From: an uncultured Gammaproteobacteria bacterium
Lineage (GTDB): Bacteria; Patescibacteriota; Patescibacteriia; Magasanikbacterales; UBA922
DNA: 64,000 bases
Assembly: GCA_964374115.1 (NCBI GenBank)
Contig: CAYJXK010000001.1
Span: 20,790 to 84,789, forward strand
Direction: 5' to 3'
This document shows positions 38,090 through 48,220 of the stretch, piece by piece. Each line of letters opens with the position of its first letter. The stretch's first letter is position 1. The notes below the pieces were generated by a model. The model was given only the letters and a program-made list of their open reading frames with translations, did not search any database and was not told where the DNA came from. Position numbers and translations under genes: made by a program.

Positions 38090-38863
38090 GTGTCCCGTGT
38101 CATCACTATCGTCAACCAAAAAGGCGGTGTGGGAAAAACCACAACTGCGATCAATCTTGCCGCGTATCTTGCAGAGTTTGGTAAATTTGTGTTGCTTGTT
38201 GACATGGATCCCCAGGGCAACGCGACAAGTGGACTTGGGGTTCTCCGACACGAGCTTCCCTATGGGATTTATCAGGCACTCGCAAAACAAAAAAGGATTC
38301 ATGATGTTGTTAAGAATACTGCCCATGAGGGACTGCGACTCGTTCCAGCGACGCCAGATTTGGCAGGAGCAAATATAGAGCTTGTGGACGTGGAACGGCG
38401 AGAATTTCAGCTTTCTGATCTTCTCGAAGAAACCAAACATGCGTATGATTATATTCTTATTGATTGCCCGCCATCGCTCGGACTTCTCACCATCAACAGT
38501 TTGGTCGCGGCGGATGAACTTCTTATCCCGGTCCAGGCAGAGTATTACGCGCTCGAAGGGTTGGGACAACTATTGCAAACCATTGATTTGATCCGACAGC
38601 ATGTGAAATCAGACTTACGGATCCTTGGCGCTGTGCTTACGATGTTTGACTCTCGGACACGACTTTCTGAAGAAATCATGAAAGATTTGTATCAATATTT
38701 TCCCGACACTATTTTTCGATCCGTGATTCCTCGCACCGTTCGTCTCGCAGAAGCGCCGAGTTTTGGCAAAACCATTCTCCATTACGAACCGAGTGGGAAA
38801 GGCGCTAAAGCATATGAGCGGCTCGCGAAAGAGATTTTGGAGAAACACGGGTGGACAAATTAA
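38090..38863 (+). CDS. parA: Chromosome partitioning ATPase ParA/Soj.
   Basis: Deviant Walker A motif KGGVGKTT; MinD/ParA family. GTG start. Confidence 0.9.
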   Translation: MSRVITIVNQKGGVGKTTTAINLAAYLAEFGKFVLLVDMDPQGNATSGLGVLRHELPYGIYQALAKQKRIHDVVKNTAHEGLRLVPATPDLAGANIELVDVERREFQLSDLLEETKHAYDYILIDCPPSLGLLTINSLVAADELLIPVQAEYYALEGLGQLLQTIDLIRQHVKSDLRILGAVLTMFDSRTRLSEEIMKDLYQYFPDTIFRSVIPRTVRLAEAPSFGKTILHYEPSGKGAKAYERLAKEILEKHGWTN

Positions 38864-38872
38864 TTTTTCACT

Positions 38873-39742
38873 ATGGCATTAGGCAAAGGACTCAGCTCTC
38901 TTCTTCCACAACAAAAAGGCATGCGGATGACCTTGCATAAAGAAACCGGACATGCGAAGGACGGAGATCGCATTTGGAATATCCCTATTTCGGAGATTGT
39001 CCCGAATGCGGACCAACCACGAAAAGTATTTTCTCACCAGGAGCTTGAAGATCTTGTTGGTTCGATCAAGTTGCACGGCATTCTTCAACCAATTCTTGTC
39101 ACAGAAAAAGATGATGGCGGATACGAGCTTATCGCAGGCGAGCGCCGGCTTCGGGCTGCCGAGATTGCAGGACTCCCCACGGTTCCTGCTATCGTCCGCA
39201 CAGCGACAAAACAAGACAAGCTTGAACTTGCCCTCATTGAAAATATTCAGCGTCAAGATTTGAATCCGATAGAAGAGGCATTTGCCTATGGCCGGTTGGT
39301 TGAAGAATTTGGATTGACGCAACAAGAGGTGGGGGACAGAGTGGGAAAGAGCCGTCCGTATATCGCAAATACGATTCGACTCCTTGGGCTTCCAGAACCG
39401 ATCCAAAAAGCGCTCATGGACGGAGCGCTGAGTCAAGGCAAAGCCAAAGCAATTCTAAGTCTCAAAAGTGAAGAGGATCAAATGAAAGTATTTCATTCTA
39501 TGATGGGGGAGGCTATCACAGTACGCGATGTCGAGCAGGCAGTTGCCTCAAAAGGAGCGCGATCACGAAAAGGGTTTATTCGGCAAGACGCGAATATTTT
39601 GGCGTATGAACACATGCTCGAAGAACGGCTCGGGGTCAAAGTACACATGACGCTCCGAGGAGGGCGGGGGACAATTCTCATCTCATTTTATTCGAAGGAA
39701 GAATTAGAGCGTGTGATTCGGACGATGGTTAATGCGCATTGA
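38873..39742 (+). CDS. parB: Chromosome partitioning protein ParB/Spo0J.
   Basis: ParB box LIAGERRLRAAEIAGL plus an HTH domain. Confidence 0.9.
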   Translation: MALGKGLSSLLPQQKGMRMTLHKETGHAKDGDRIWNIPISEIVPNADQPRKVFSHQELEDLVGSIKLHGILQPILVTEKDDGGYELIAGERRLRAAEIAGLPTVPAIVRTATKQDKLELALIENIQRQDLNPIEEAFAYGRLVEEFGLTQQEVGDRVGKSRPYIANTIRLLGLPEPIQKALMDGALSQGKAKAILSLKSEEDQMKVFHSMMGEAITVRDVEQAVASKGARSRKGFIRQDANILAYEHMLEERLGVKVHMTLRGGRGTILISFYSKEELERVIRTMVNAH

Positions 39743-39771
39743 TCATTGAACTCATATCATTTTTCCTCTCA

Positions 39772-39806
39772 GGAGAGCGCGTCAGACACAGAAACTCGCT
39801 ATGAGT
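39772..39806 (+). repeat. Copy 2 of the 35-nt element GGAGAGCGCGTCAGACACaGAAACTCGCTATGAGT, located between the convergent parB and rel genes.
   Basis: Same as the previous feature. Confidence 0.6.
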
Positions 39807-39810
39807 TTAT

Positions 39811-41292
39811 TTACTTTTTCGGTAAGACCGATTTGATCCATTCCGTAATGGTTTTTTTTTGTTGTGATTTGATGTGGCCGCGCGCGGTATGGGTTTTGAC
39901 AAATTGGAGCCAATCTTGATTCGGTCCCTTTCTACTTTTGTCCACAATAATCTCTACCACATCGCCATTTTTGAGTTCGGTGCTGAGGCTCGACATTTTT
40001 TCATTGATCAGCGCGGCAGAACATCGGTTGCCGATCTCGGTATGGATATGATAGGCAAAGTCGACCGGGGTTGCTCCTTCCGGCAGATCAATCACATCTC
40101 CTTTTGGTGTAAATACAAAAATACGACTCTGGAGAAAGTCCACTTTCATTTCTTCGAGGTCAGAGAGTTTTGTGAGAATATCTTTTTGAATTTCTGCTAA
40201 TTCTTTTGCCCAGGCAATATCTCGTTTTGGCAATCGTCTTCCGTCTTCGTGATAACGCCAATGAGCCGCAGTTCCATAGAGCGCCTCTTCATGCATCTCA
40301 GGCGTGCGGATTTGGAATTCAATACTCTCTCCTTCTTCACTAAATACCGTGGTGTGAAGGGATTGATAGTGATTCGGTTTGGGTTGTGAAATATAGTCTT
40401 TAATACGACCTTTGAGAGGTTTCCAGATTTTATGAAGAATCCCAAGCGCTCCGTAGCAATCTGCGACGCTCGGAATTACAATCCGAATCGCGACGAGATC
40501 GTATACTTTTGCGACTTGTTGATCTTTTCGGATGAGTTTTTGGTACAAGCTAAAGAGTCGTTTGCTACGCCCCTCAATGGATATGATGGGAATGTGAGCG
40601 TTTTCGATTTCTTTTTTTGCTCGACGTTGCATGTCGTGAAGAAATTTTTCTTTTCCTTTCATTTTTTCGTCACGGATCTGTTTTGTCTCATCGTATTCTT
40701 TTGGGTACACATACTGAAACGACAGATCTTCAAGCATACCTTTCATTTCATCCATACCGAGACGATTCGCGATTGGGGCGTATATTTCTAGGCTCTCGAG
40801 CGCAATCCGGTATTGTTTTTGTGGGGGAAGCGCGTCAAGGGTTTGAAGATTATGGATACGGTCCGCAAATTTGATAATCATGACACGGACATCTTCTGCC
40901 ATGGCAACAAACATTTTTCGTAAATTTTCAAGATATCTCTCTACGCCACGATATTTTAGTTTTCCCAATTTGGTAATTCCCCCAACCATGGAAGCAATTT
41001 CAGAACCGAATTCTTTTTCCACGTCTTCGAGCGTTCTATCCGTGTCTTCTGGAACATCATGGAGAAGTGTTGCCGCGATAATGAGAGGATCAATTTTCAT
41101 GTCTGCCAAGAGATCAGCGGCAGAGAGAGGATGCATGATGTACGGTTCCCCAGATTTTCGGATCTGTCCTTTGTGCGCCTCGGCGGCAAAATCGTAGGCC
41201 AAACGAACCAATGTTGTATCCGCGGTTTTAAGGTAGGTTCCAATCTTTTTAATAAGGGATTCAATTGTTGGTTGTTTTTGGTTCTGTACCAT
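39811..41292 (-). CDS. rel: Bifunctional (p)ppGpp synthetase/hydrolase Rel, short form with HD, synthetase and TGS domains and no ACT domain.
   Basis: HD motif LLHDVPEDT, synthetase motif YQSLHTTV, TGS segment FVFTPKGDVIDLPEGATPVDFAY. Confidence 0.9.
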   Translation of the reverse strand: MVQNQKQPTIESLIKKIGTYLKTADTTLVRLAYDFAAEAHKGQIRKSGEPYIMHPLSAADLLADMKIDPLIIAATLLHDVPEDTDRTLEDVEKEFGSEIASMVGGITKLGKLKYRGVERYLENLRKMFVAMAEDVRVMIIKFADRIHNLQTLDALPPQKQYRIALESLEIYAPIANRLGMDEMKGMLEDLSFQYVYPKEYDETKQIRDEKMKGKEKFLHDMQRRAKKEIENAHIPIISIEGRSKRLFSLYQKLIRKDQQVAKVYDLVAIRIVIPSVADCYGALGILHKIWKPLKGRIKDYISQPKPNHYQSLHTTVFSEEGESIEFQIRTPEMHEEALYGTAAHWRYHEDGRRLPKRDIAWAKELAEIQKDILTKLSDLEEMKVDFLQSRIFVFTPKGDVIDLPEGATPVDFAYHIHTEIGNRCSAALINEKMSSLSTELKNGDVVEIIVDKSRKGPNQDWLQFVKTHTARGHIKSQQKKTITEWIKSVLPKK

Positions 41293-41367
41293 ATCATTTT
41301 TCTTTCTTTTATATTGTATGCGTGTTTTTTCCTTTTGGCAAGGGCAAGGGGTTTGACAAACATATTC

Positions 41368-41393
41368 AAAAATCCGACCTCAGTCGGATTTTT
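41368..41393. terminator. Bidirectional intrinsic terminator (A5-TCCGAC-ctca-GTCGGA-T5) overlapping the topA stop codon.
   Basis: 11-bp stem with a 4-nt loop. The U-run is present on both strands. Confidence 0.6.
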
Positions 41394-43674
41394 GAATCGC
41401 CTCATTCCTCAGAAATAGTCTATTAGCTATTGGCTCTGAATTCACCAAATAATCACACGTCTTGCTCGAACATCGAAACGTATTTTTTGCGCCAAACACA
41501 ATGGGGGAAGAGCATGTCGGACACATCTGTCCCGTGGGTTTGCTCCAGAGAGCATTTTTGCATTCGGGATAGCGATTGCACCCATAAAACGGTTTGCCAC
41601 GTTTGCTTTTTCTTTCCACAAATTCTCCCTCTGTACAAAGATTGCACCGAACACCAGTTTTCTTTTCTATTTTTTTGATTGTTTTACACTCAGGATACCC
41701 GCTACAGCCCAAAAACATCCCAAATCGGCCTCGTTTTACCATGAGTGGCTTCCCACAGTTTTCGCATACCTCTCCAGATAGTTCTTGTTGCATGGTCGCT
41801 TCCTCTCCTATCGGTTTGGTGGTTTTACATTCCGGATAATTGGAACAGGCCATGAATTTTCCAAAGCGGCCAATCTTGATCACCATGGGGCTGTCACATT
41901 TGACACAGCGCTCATCTGTTTTTTCTTCTGTGAGCGCTTGTTTGGAGAGCTCAGTGGTTTTCGTCACAATCGTCTCATGAAACGGCTCATAAAACGCGAC
42001 GATGATAGGCTGCCATTCTTTGGCGCCAGAGGCAATTTCATCGAGCGCGCCTTCCATATCAGCTGTGAATGCGTAATCAACAATGTTGGGAAAATGTTCC
42101 ACCAATAGATCAATGACAATCAGCGCGATATCTGTCGGCTCGAATCGTTTTTTTTCATCTCGAACGACATAACGGCGCTCTTCAAGGGTGGCAATGGTGG
42201 GGGCATAGGTAGATGGTCGCCCAATGCCGTATGCTTCGAGAGACTTCACCAATGTGGCATCCGAATATCGAGACGGTGGAGTGGTGAAATGTTGTTCAGG
42301 TTTGAGAGAAAGACAGGTAAGTGGGGCATGTTCTTGTACGTCAGGGAGAAGCGATTCCCGAAAAAGTTCTGGATAGAGAATAAGCCAACCATCAAATTGA
42401 ATGGTTTGTCCTGTGGCGCGGAACATATATGGTTTGTCGGTCGTTACAGATTTCCCTTCCACATCAATGGTGGCAAGATTCACCGCCGCCGCTTGCATCT
42501 GAGTGGCGACTGCTCGTTTCCAGATCAGCTCATAGAGCCGATATTGTTCTCGGCTGAGATGTGCCTGTATCGAATCGGGTGATCGTGCGGGATCAGCTGG
42601 TCGAATCGCTTCATGCGCTTCCTGTGCTCCTTTGGATTTTGTTTTGTATCGGCGCGGTTGAGGAAGAGTATACCGTTCACCGAACGATTTTCTGATTGTC
42701 TGTTCCGCCTCGCTAAGAAAAGTATCTGAGAGATTATTCGAATCGGTTCGCATGTACGTGATAAGGCCGTGTGATCCTTCTGCTCCAAGTTCAACTCCTT
42801 CATAGAGCTGTTGCGCGATACGCATGGTTTGTTTGGAAGAAAATCCGAGTTGGTGATTGGCCACCTGTTGCAGGGTGGATGTGGTAAATGGTGGTGGAGG
42901 ATTTCTTCGACTTTCTTTTTTTGTGATAGACAGGACACGATATATCGCGTCTTTGAGATTTCCCAAAATATCATCCATCTGTTCTTGTGTCTTGATATCG
43001 AGGTTGTCGAGTTTTTTTTCATCAATCGCGTGGAGTCGGGCAACAAAGTGCATGTCTTTTTTTTTCATCTCCTCGTCGGCAAACTGTCCATCAAGGGTCC
43101 AATATTCTTCTGGTTTGAAGTTTTTTATTTCTCGCTCCCGTTCAACAATAAGGCGGAGCGCGACCGATTGCACTCGTCCAGCAGAAAGCCCTTTCGCCAC
43201 TTTTTTCCACAGCAGTGGGGAAAGCTCATAGCCTACGAGGCGATCAAGGATACGCCGCGCTTGCTGGGCATCAACCAATTTTTGATCAATAGGTCGCGGA
43301 TGCGCGAGCGCTTCTTCAATCGCCCGTTTCGTGATTTCATGAAACACCATCCGTCGCGCCTTGTCTTTTGGGACATCGAGGAGTTCAGCGAGGTGCCACG
43401 AGATGGCTTCGCCTTCACGATCTTCATCTGTGGCAAAAATAATATCCTTGCTTTTTTTTGCTAATGCTTTTAGTTTTTTTACGGTTTCGCTTTTTTCTTT
43501 TGGAACCACATATTTGGGCGCGAATGTTTTTCCTTCGATATCCAGCCCCATGTTGGATTTGGGAAGATCGCGAATGTGCCCAAACGAAGAAGCCACGGAA
43601 AAACCTTTGCCAAGGAATCGAGTGATTGTTTTTGCTTTGGTGGGAGATTCGACGATGACAAGTGTTGGTTTCAT
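41380..43674 (-). CDS. topA: DNA topoisomerase I.
   Basis: TOPRIM N-terminus MKPTLVIVESPTKAKTI. The active-site Tyr region and three C-terminal C4 zinc ribbons are present. Confidence 0.95.
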   Translation of the reverse strand: MKPTLVIVESPTKAKTITRFLGKGFSVASSFGHIRDLPKSNMGLDIEGKTFAPKYVVPKEKSETVKKLKALAKKSKDIIFATDEDREGEAISWHLAELLDVPKDKARRMVFHEITKRAIEEALAHPRPIDQKLVDAQQARRILDRLVGYELSPLLWKKVAKGLSAGRVQSVALRLIVEREREIKNFKPEEYWTLDGQFADEEMKKKDMHFVARLHAIDEKKLDNLDIKTQEQMDDILGNLKDAIYRVLSITKKESRRNPPPPFTTSTLQQVANHQLGFSSKQTMRIAQQLYEGVELGAEGSHGLITYMRTDSNNLSDTFLSEAEQTIRKSFGERYTLPQPRRYKTKSKGAQEAHEAIRPADPARSPDSIQAHLSREQYRLYELIWKRAVATQMQAAAVNLATIDVEGKSVTTDKPYMFRATGQTIQFDGWLILYPELFRESLLPDVQEHAPLTCLSLKPEQHFTTPPSRYSDATLVKSLEAYGIGRPSTYAPTIATLEERRYVVRDEKKRFEPTDIALIVIDLLVEHFPNIVDYAFTADMEGALDEIASGAKEWQPIIVAFYEPFHETIVTKTTELSKQALTEEKTDERCVKCDSPMVIKIGRFGKFMACSNYPECKTTKPIGEEATMQQELSGEVCENCGKPLMVKRGRFGMFLGCSGYPECKTIKKIEKKTGVRCNLCTEGEFVERKSKRGKPFYGCNRYPECKNALWSKPTGQMCPTCSSPIVFGAKNTFRCSSKTCDYLVNSEPIANRLFLRNEAIQKSD

Positions 43675-43700
43675 AATTTTTTTAGTCTATCGGATGATAA

Positions 43701-45053
43701 TCATTTTGTCAATGTTCCCCGAAGTTCGCCGCTCAGAAACATTGATCCTGTCACGAGAATAATTCCATGCGTTTTCTTTTGTTTTTTTGTGCTCCATGTG
43801 TATGCGTCTGATGGATCAATGAAGCGCCGATAAGAGGATCGTGGGAGTTGTCGTTCAAAAAGTTTTTTTACTGTGGAGAGATCAGCGATACGACGGAAAG
43901 GATTCATCGTATTGCGAGAGATGGCAACACTGCGTGGCCGAAGCTTTGTAAGCAGCCGGATCATAGAGCGAAAGTCTTTATCTTCAGAAAATGAGACAAT
44001 AAGGTGTGTGGATTTGGGAAGTTTTTTTTTCTTTTGTAGGTCAAGAATCGTCCTCACGGTCGCGCGCATTTTATCCGGATTATGCGCTCCGTCAAGAATC
44101 ACCATAGGTTTTTTCGATACGATTTCACAGCACAGTGGTTGCCATGCTCCGCGAAGGCCATCGTGTATCGAAGCGCTCGGAATGCCAAGACTTTTGGCCA
44201 CGTCAATCACAAGACACGCGTTTTGCACCTGGTGGATGCCAGTGGCACGGATGGTATAGCGATGTCCTTTGTGCGTGAACGTCGTGCGATCACGTGTTTG
44301 CGAGAGCATCTGGAATTCGGGACGAATGACCATCAGCCTGGCGTGTTTCTTTGCGCATATATTTCTGATTACAGAAAGCACGCGGGGATTTTGTTCCATA
44401 GTCCACACAGGGCATTGAACGGTGATTATTCCTGCTTTTTCTTTTGCAATGGCTGTTTTGGTAGAGCCAAGAATTTCTGTATGATCAAGACCAATCGTGG
44501 TGATAATCGCGCATTCTTTTTTTGGGATGACATTGGTCGCATCAAATTGTCCACCCAATCCCACTTCCATCACAGCCCAATCCACACCATTTTTGGCAAA
44601 ATAGGTCAGCGCCATAGCGGTCGTGACTTCGAAATACGATGGCACCCCAAACGGACTCTGCTCGAGACAGAGGGTGAGCGCTTTCTTCATTTCGTGAACC
44701 AGAGAAGAAAAATCTTTTTCAGAAATTATTTCATTGTTGATAGACCAATTTTCTCGAATCGTGGTTGGATATGGAGAGATGAAGAGTCCTGTTTTTTTAT
44801 GCGCGTTCACGAGGATAAAAGAGAGATACCGACACACCGATCCCTTGCCGCTTGTGCCCGCGACATGAATAAAGTGTGAGATTTTTTTTTCTGGATTTCC
44901 GAGAAGATCAAGAAGAAATTGTGTCCGTTTGAGATAGAGTGCGTTCCATGTTCGATCATGAAGATATTCCGGTCTCTGGATATTGAAAAGAGAGAGGAGA
45001 AATTGTTCGGCGTTGTTATGTGTGAATGCCACAAGAGTGTGATGAGAGCCCAT
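43701..45053 (-). CDS. folC: Folylpolyglutamate synthase / dihydrofolate synthase (Mur ligase family).
   Basis: P-loop HVAGTSGKGS and DGAHNP motif (VILDGAHNPDKM). Confidence 0.8.
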   Translation of the reverse strand: MGSHHTLVAFTHNNAEQFLLSLFNIQRPEYLHDRTWNALYLKRTQFLLDLLGNPEKKISHFIHVAGTSGKGSVCRYLSFILVNAHKKTGLFISPYPTTIRENWSINNEIISEKDFSSLVHEMKKALTLCLEQSPFGVPSYFEVTTAMALTYFAKNGVDWAVMEVGLGGQFDATNVIPKKECAIITTIGLDHTEILGSTKTAIAKEKAGIITVQCPVWTMEQNPRVLSVIRNICAKKHARLMVIRPEFQMLSQTRDRTTFTHKGHRYTIRATGIHQVQNACLVIDVAKSLGIPSASIHDGLRGAWQPLCCEIVSKKPMVILDGAHNPDKMRATVRTILDLQKKKKLPKSTHLIVSFSEDKDFRSMIRLLTKLRPRSVAISRNTMNPFRRIADLSTVKKLFERQLPRSSYRRFIDPSDAYTWSTKKQKKTHGIILVTGSMFLSGELRGTLTK

Positions 45054-45206
45054 CTCAAAAATAATTTTGAGCCAGTTTCATGGACGTTTTGAGCGAAAAA
45101 AGTGAAAATCGAGGAGGCATACTGGTAGCATGACGACGAGATATGAATTTTTTGCGGCCAAAACGGACGGAACATGAGCCATGAATTATTTTTGAGATGG
45201 GCTCTC
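45044..45206. repeat. Perfect 22-bp inverted repeat pair (GAGAGCCCATCTCAAAAATAAT at 45044-45065; ATTATTTTTGAGATGGGCTCTC at 45185-45206) bracketing the 119-bp folC-dprA intergenic spacer.
   Basis: Seen directly. The left arm overlaps the folC start codon and the right arm overlaps the last codons of dprA. Confidence 0.7.
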
Positions 45207-46331
45207 GTGACTGAGGACGTACATCATACCACCGATATTGCGTACCTTTCCTTTCATTTCCATAAGCGTCATGGTGCTCATCACGCGCGAGCTCCCGAGG
45301 CCTGATTGGTGAATGATTTCATCCATGTGCAAAGGTTCTCTCGAGAGGAGAGGAAGGAGTGCCGCTTCTTCTTCTGATTCAGGATGAATAGAAGGCGCGA
45401 GTGTTTGTTTTATCTCAGAGAGGTTCAACACTTGGAATATATCTTCCGCCGACGTCACAAGGGTTGCCCCCATTTTGATGAGCGTATTTGTGCCACCCGA
45501 TGTCTTTGACGTGATATTGTGTGGGACGGCAAAGACTTCCCGATTATTATCAAGCGCGGATCGGGCGGTAATGAGCGCTCCGGATTTTTCTCCGGCTTCC
45601 ACAACCAGCGTGCCTAAAGAAAGCCCTGCGATAATCCGATTGCGTTCTGGAAAGCTATAGGCCGTGGGAAGGAATCCTGGCGGATATTCAGCAATCACCG
45701 CGCCGTCCGCCGCAATAATTTTTTCTGCGAGAGGTCGATGCACGGCAGGGAAAATCGTCCATCGGTCAATGCCAGAACCAAGAACCGCTATGGTGTTTCC
45801 ACCAGAGGCAAGTGTTGCCGCATGGGCGCATCCATCGATCCCGAGCGCAAGGCCGCTCACAATCGTAAGGCCAGCATGCACGAGCGCAGTCACAAGCTCT
45901 TCCGTGACTTGCTTGCCATAAGGAGAAAATGATCGAGTGCCAACGACAGCAAGCATCGATCCTTTGGCGTCCAAGTTTCCTCTCACAAACAAACAGATCG
46001 GCGGATCATAGGTTTGTTTGAGGAGCGCCGGATACCGAGAGTCTGACAGCGGAATCACGTCTATTCCATGCGCGATAAGCTGTTCTTCGATATTTTTTTC
46101 TATGCATTCATGATCTCTCCAGAAAACGAATTGTTCAATAATATTTGATTCCCAGAGCAATGTTTTTTTGAGTGTATCACTTTTGGCCGACCATGCATCA
46201 TCAAGGGAAAGGCGAGAGGCAATGAGGTGTTGATATCGTCGAAATGTCATTTTTGGAAAATAGGAGAGAAGCGCTTCTTTGGGGAGCATAGCAATGAGTT
46301 TACTCGTCCATCTGCTGTACCGCTTTCCCAA
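45186..46331 (-). CDS. dprA: DNA processing protein DprA (Smf).
   Basis: Rossmann-like core LAVVGTRSFSPYGKQVTEELVTALVHAGLTIVSGLALGIDGCAH. The start may be an internal Met, because the track ORF overlaps pth by 32 nt. Confidence 0.85.
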   Translation of the reverse strand: MGKRYSRWTSKLIAMLPKEALLSYFPKMTFRRYQHLIASRLSLDDAWSAKSDTLKKTLLWESNIIEQFVFWRDHECIEKNIEEQLIAHGIDVIPLSDSRYPALLKQTYDPPICLFVRGNLDAKGSMLAVVGTRSFSPYGKQVTEELVTALVHAGLTIVSGLALGIDGCAHAATLASGGNTIAVLGSGIDRWTIFPAVHRPLAEKIIAADGAVIAEYPPGFLPTAYSFPERNRIIAGLSLGTLVVEAGEKSGALITARSALDNNREVFAVPHNITSKTSGGTNTLIKMGATLVTSAEDIFQVLNLSEIKQTLAPSIHPESEEEAALLPLLSREPLHMDEIIHQSGLGSSRVMSTMTLMEMKGKVRNIGGMMYVLSHESPSQK

Positions 46332-46815
46332 TCATTTCTTCCACAATTTTTCTTTCCTCCCGAGAAAACTTCCTTAACACAAAATCACTTGTGTTTTCCA
46401 TTTTTTTTGGGTCAGAGGGAGCGATGCCGAGTCGGACGCGGGTGAAATTTTTGGATCCGAGTATGTCTATGAGAGAGCGAACGCCGTTATGGCCCGCATG
46501 GCCTCGATTTTTTTGCACACGCACTTCGCCGAGGGCGAGATCTTTGTCGTCGTGTACCACCGTGAGATCATCGAGCGAACATTTGTAAAAACGCATGATA
46601 CATTGCACTGCGCGTCCGGATTCATTCATAAACGTGCCTGGCTTCGCCAGCACCATTTTTTTTGTTACGCGGCAAATCCATGCGTGGAAAGATTTTTTCC
46701 ATTCCCAGTTTTGTCCCGCGTTCAAAGCATATGCGTCCACCACCATAAATCCCACGTTATGCCTGGTTCGTTCGTATTCTTTTCCTGGATTGCCGAGACC
46801 GATGATCAATTTCAT
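46300..46815 (-). CDS. pth: Peptidyl-tRNA hydrolase.
   Basis: MKLIIGLGNPGKEYERTRHNVGFMVVD. Confidence 0.9.
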   Translation of the reverse strand: MKLIIGLGNPGKEYERTRHNVGFMVVDAYALNAGQNWEWKKSFHAWICRVTKKMVLAKPGTFMNESGRAVQCIMRFYKCSLDDLTVVHDDKDLALGEVRVQKNRGHAGHNGVRSLIDILGSKNFTRVRLGIAPSDPKKMENTSDFVLRKFSREERKIVEEMIGKAVQQMDE

Positions 46816-46831
46816 ACGGCAGATTCTGTCG

Positions 46832-48220
46832 TCATTTCTTTCTCTTTCTCACATGAATGATAACAGGCGTCCCAATAATGTCAAACTGTTCACGGAGACG
46901 ATGTTCGAGGTAGCGAAGATAGGATGGGTGTACCGAAGTTTTTTCTTTAATGAGGATGTCAATGACAGGTGGGGAAGCGCCGATTTGCCGCATGCCAAGA
47001 ATTTCTGGATATCGTGTCCCTTTGCCACGCGAGGGTTTGTGGCGTTTTACCGCGCCTCGGGAGAAGGACGCGAGGGCAGGGGCAGGAATGGTGAGTTTTC
47101 GAGCAAGAGCGATACGAACCACCAGAGGAAAAATATCACGCACATGCGCGCCTGTTTTCGCGCTGACAAAAAGAATGGGCGCAAAGTCAATATGGGGGAA
47201 GAGGGATATGATCATTGCTTTTACTTTTTTTTGATAGAGTTCGCTTTTGTCTTCCGCTCGATCCCATTTATTGAGGATAATAATGACGCTTTTTCCTCGG
47301 CGTTCGAGAAGTCCGGCAAGTTGCTTGTCTTGGTGAGAAATATCCTCGCTCGCGTCAAGTACCAAAAGGACGATGTCAGATTCTTCGACACTTCGAATAC
47401 TTTTTTGGATTCCTTGTCCTTCGATTTGACCCGCGACATTGGCTTTGCGTCTGATGCCGGCCGTGTCAACAAAAAGGATAGGATGTTCAGCATATTCCAT
47501 CAGGGTGTCATGCGGCTCGCGTGTGGTGTGAGGAGTGGGGCTGACGATCACTTCTTCACGACCAATGAGCGCGTTGAAGAGAGATGATTTTCCCACATTG
47601 GGCTTGCCCAAGAGGTTCACGCGAATCGGCCTTTCCTCCTCTTCCAGTTCTCCGGGGTTTTTATGGCGTTTTTTCAATTCTTCAAATATATAATCCAAAA
47701 AATCTCCTGTGCGTCGGCCGTTGGTGGCAGAGATCAGAAAAGGCATTCCAAAGCCAAGCCGGGACCATTCCCGAATATCCATTTCCTGTTCTATCCGATT
47801 CGTATCGGCTTTATTTGCGATGAGTCGCACGTTTGTTTTCTTTTTTTTCTTGAGCCACGTGGCGATATGGCGATCTTCGGGAAGGATTCCGGCGCGGGCG
47901 TCTGTCACAAAGACAACAAGATGCGCCCGCTCGATGGCCTGTTCGGTTTGTTTTTGAATATCTGGCGCAAGGAGCATCGTGGGATCTGTCGCGATCCCAC
48001 CGGTATCAATCAAACGAAATAAAAGGCCTCTCCAGCGCACGAGGCCGATATTTTTTGTTCGAGTCGTTCCAGGCTCTCTCGAAACGATCGCTTTATGTTC
48101 CTCAATGAGACAATTAAATACTGTGGATTTTCCCACATTCACGCGCCCCACAAGCGCTACCACTGGCAAATGGTCAGTTTTACGGATTGTTTGTGTTGTC
48201 ATAGTTTTCATCAAAATCAT
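46832..48220 (-). CDS. der: Ribosome-assembly GTPase Der (EngA), with a tandem G-domain pair and a KH-like C-terminal domain.
   Basis: Two Walker A motifs (GRVNVGKST and GKPNVGKSS) plus DTAG motifs. Confidence 0.9.
   Translation of the reverse strand: MILMKTMTTQTIRKTDHLPVVALVGRVNVGKSTVFNCLIEEHKAIVSREPGTTRTKNIGLVRWRGLLFRLIDTGGIATDPTMLLAPDIQKQTEQAIERAHLVVFVTDARAGILPEDRHIATWLKKKKKTNVRLIANKADTNRIEQEMDIREWSRLGFGMPFLISATNGRRTGDFLDYIFEELKKRHKNPGELEEEERPIRVNLLGKPNVGKSSLFNALIGREEVIVSPTPHTTREPHDTLMEYAEHPILFVDTAGIRRKANVAGQIEGQGIQKSIRSVEESDIVLLVLDASEDISHQDKQLAGLLERRGKSVIIILNKWDRAEDKSELYQKKVKAMIISLFPHIDFAPILFVSAKTGAHVRDIFPLVVRIALARKLTIPAPALASFSRGAVKRHKPSRGKGTRYPEILGMRQIGASPPVIDILIKEKTSVHPSYLRYLEHRLREQFDIIGTPVIIHVRKRKK

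Noticed and set aside
37810-38090. Possible parS site near parAB (palindrome AGAACGTccACGTTCT).
   Set aside because: It does not match the TGTTNCACGTGAAACA parS consensus. The A/T-run flanks fit an intrinsic terminator better. No parS-like site was recognised by eye in this window.
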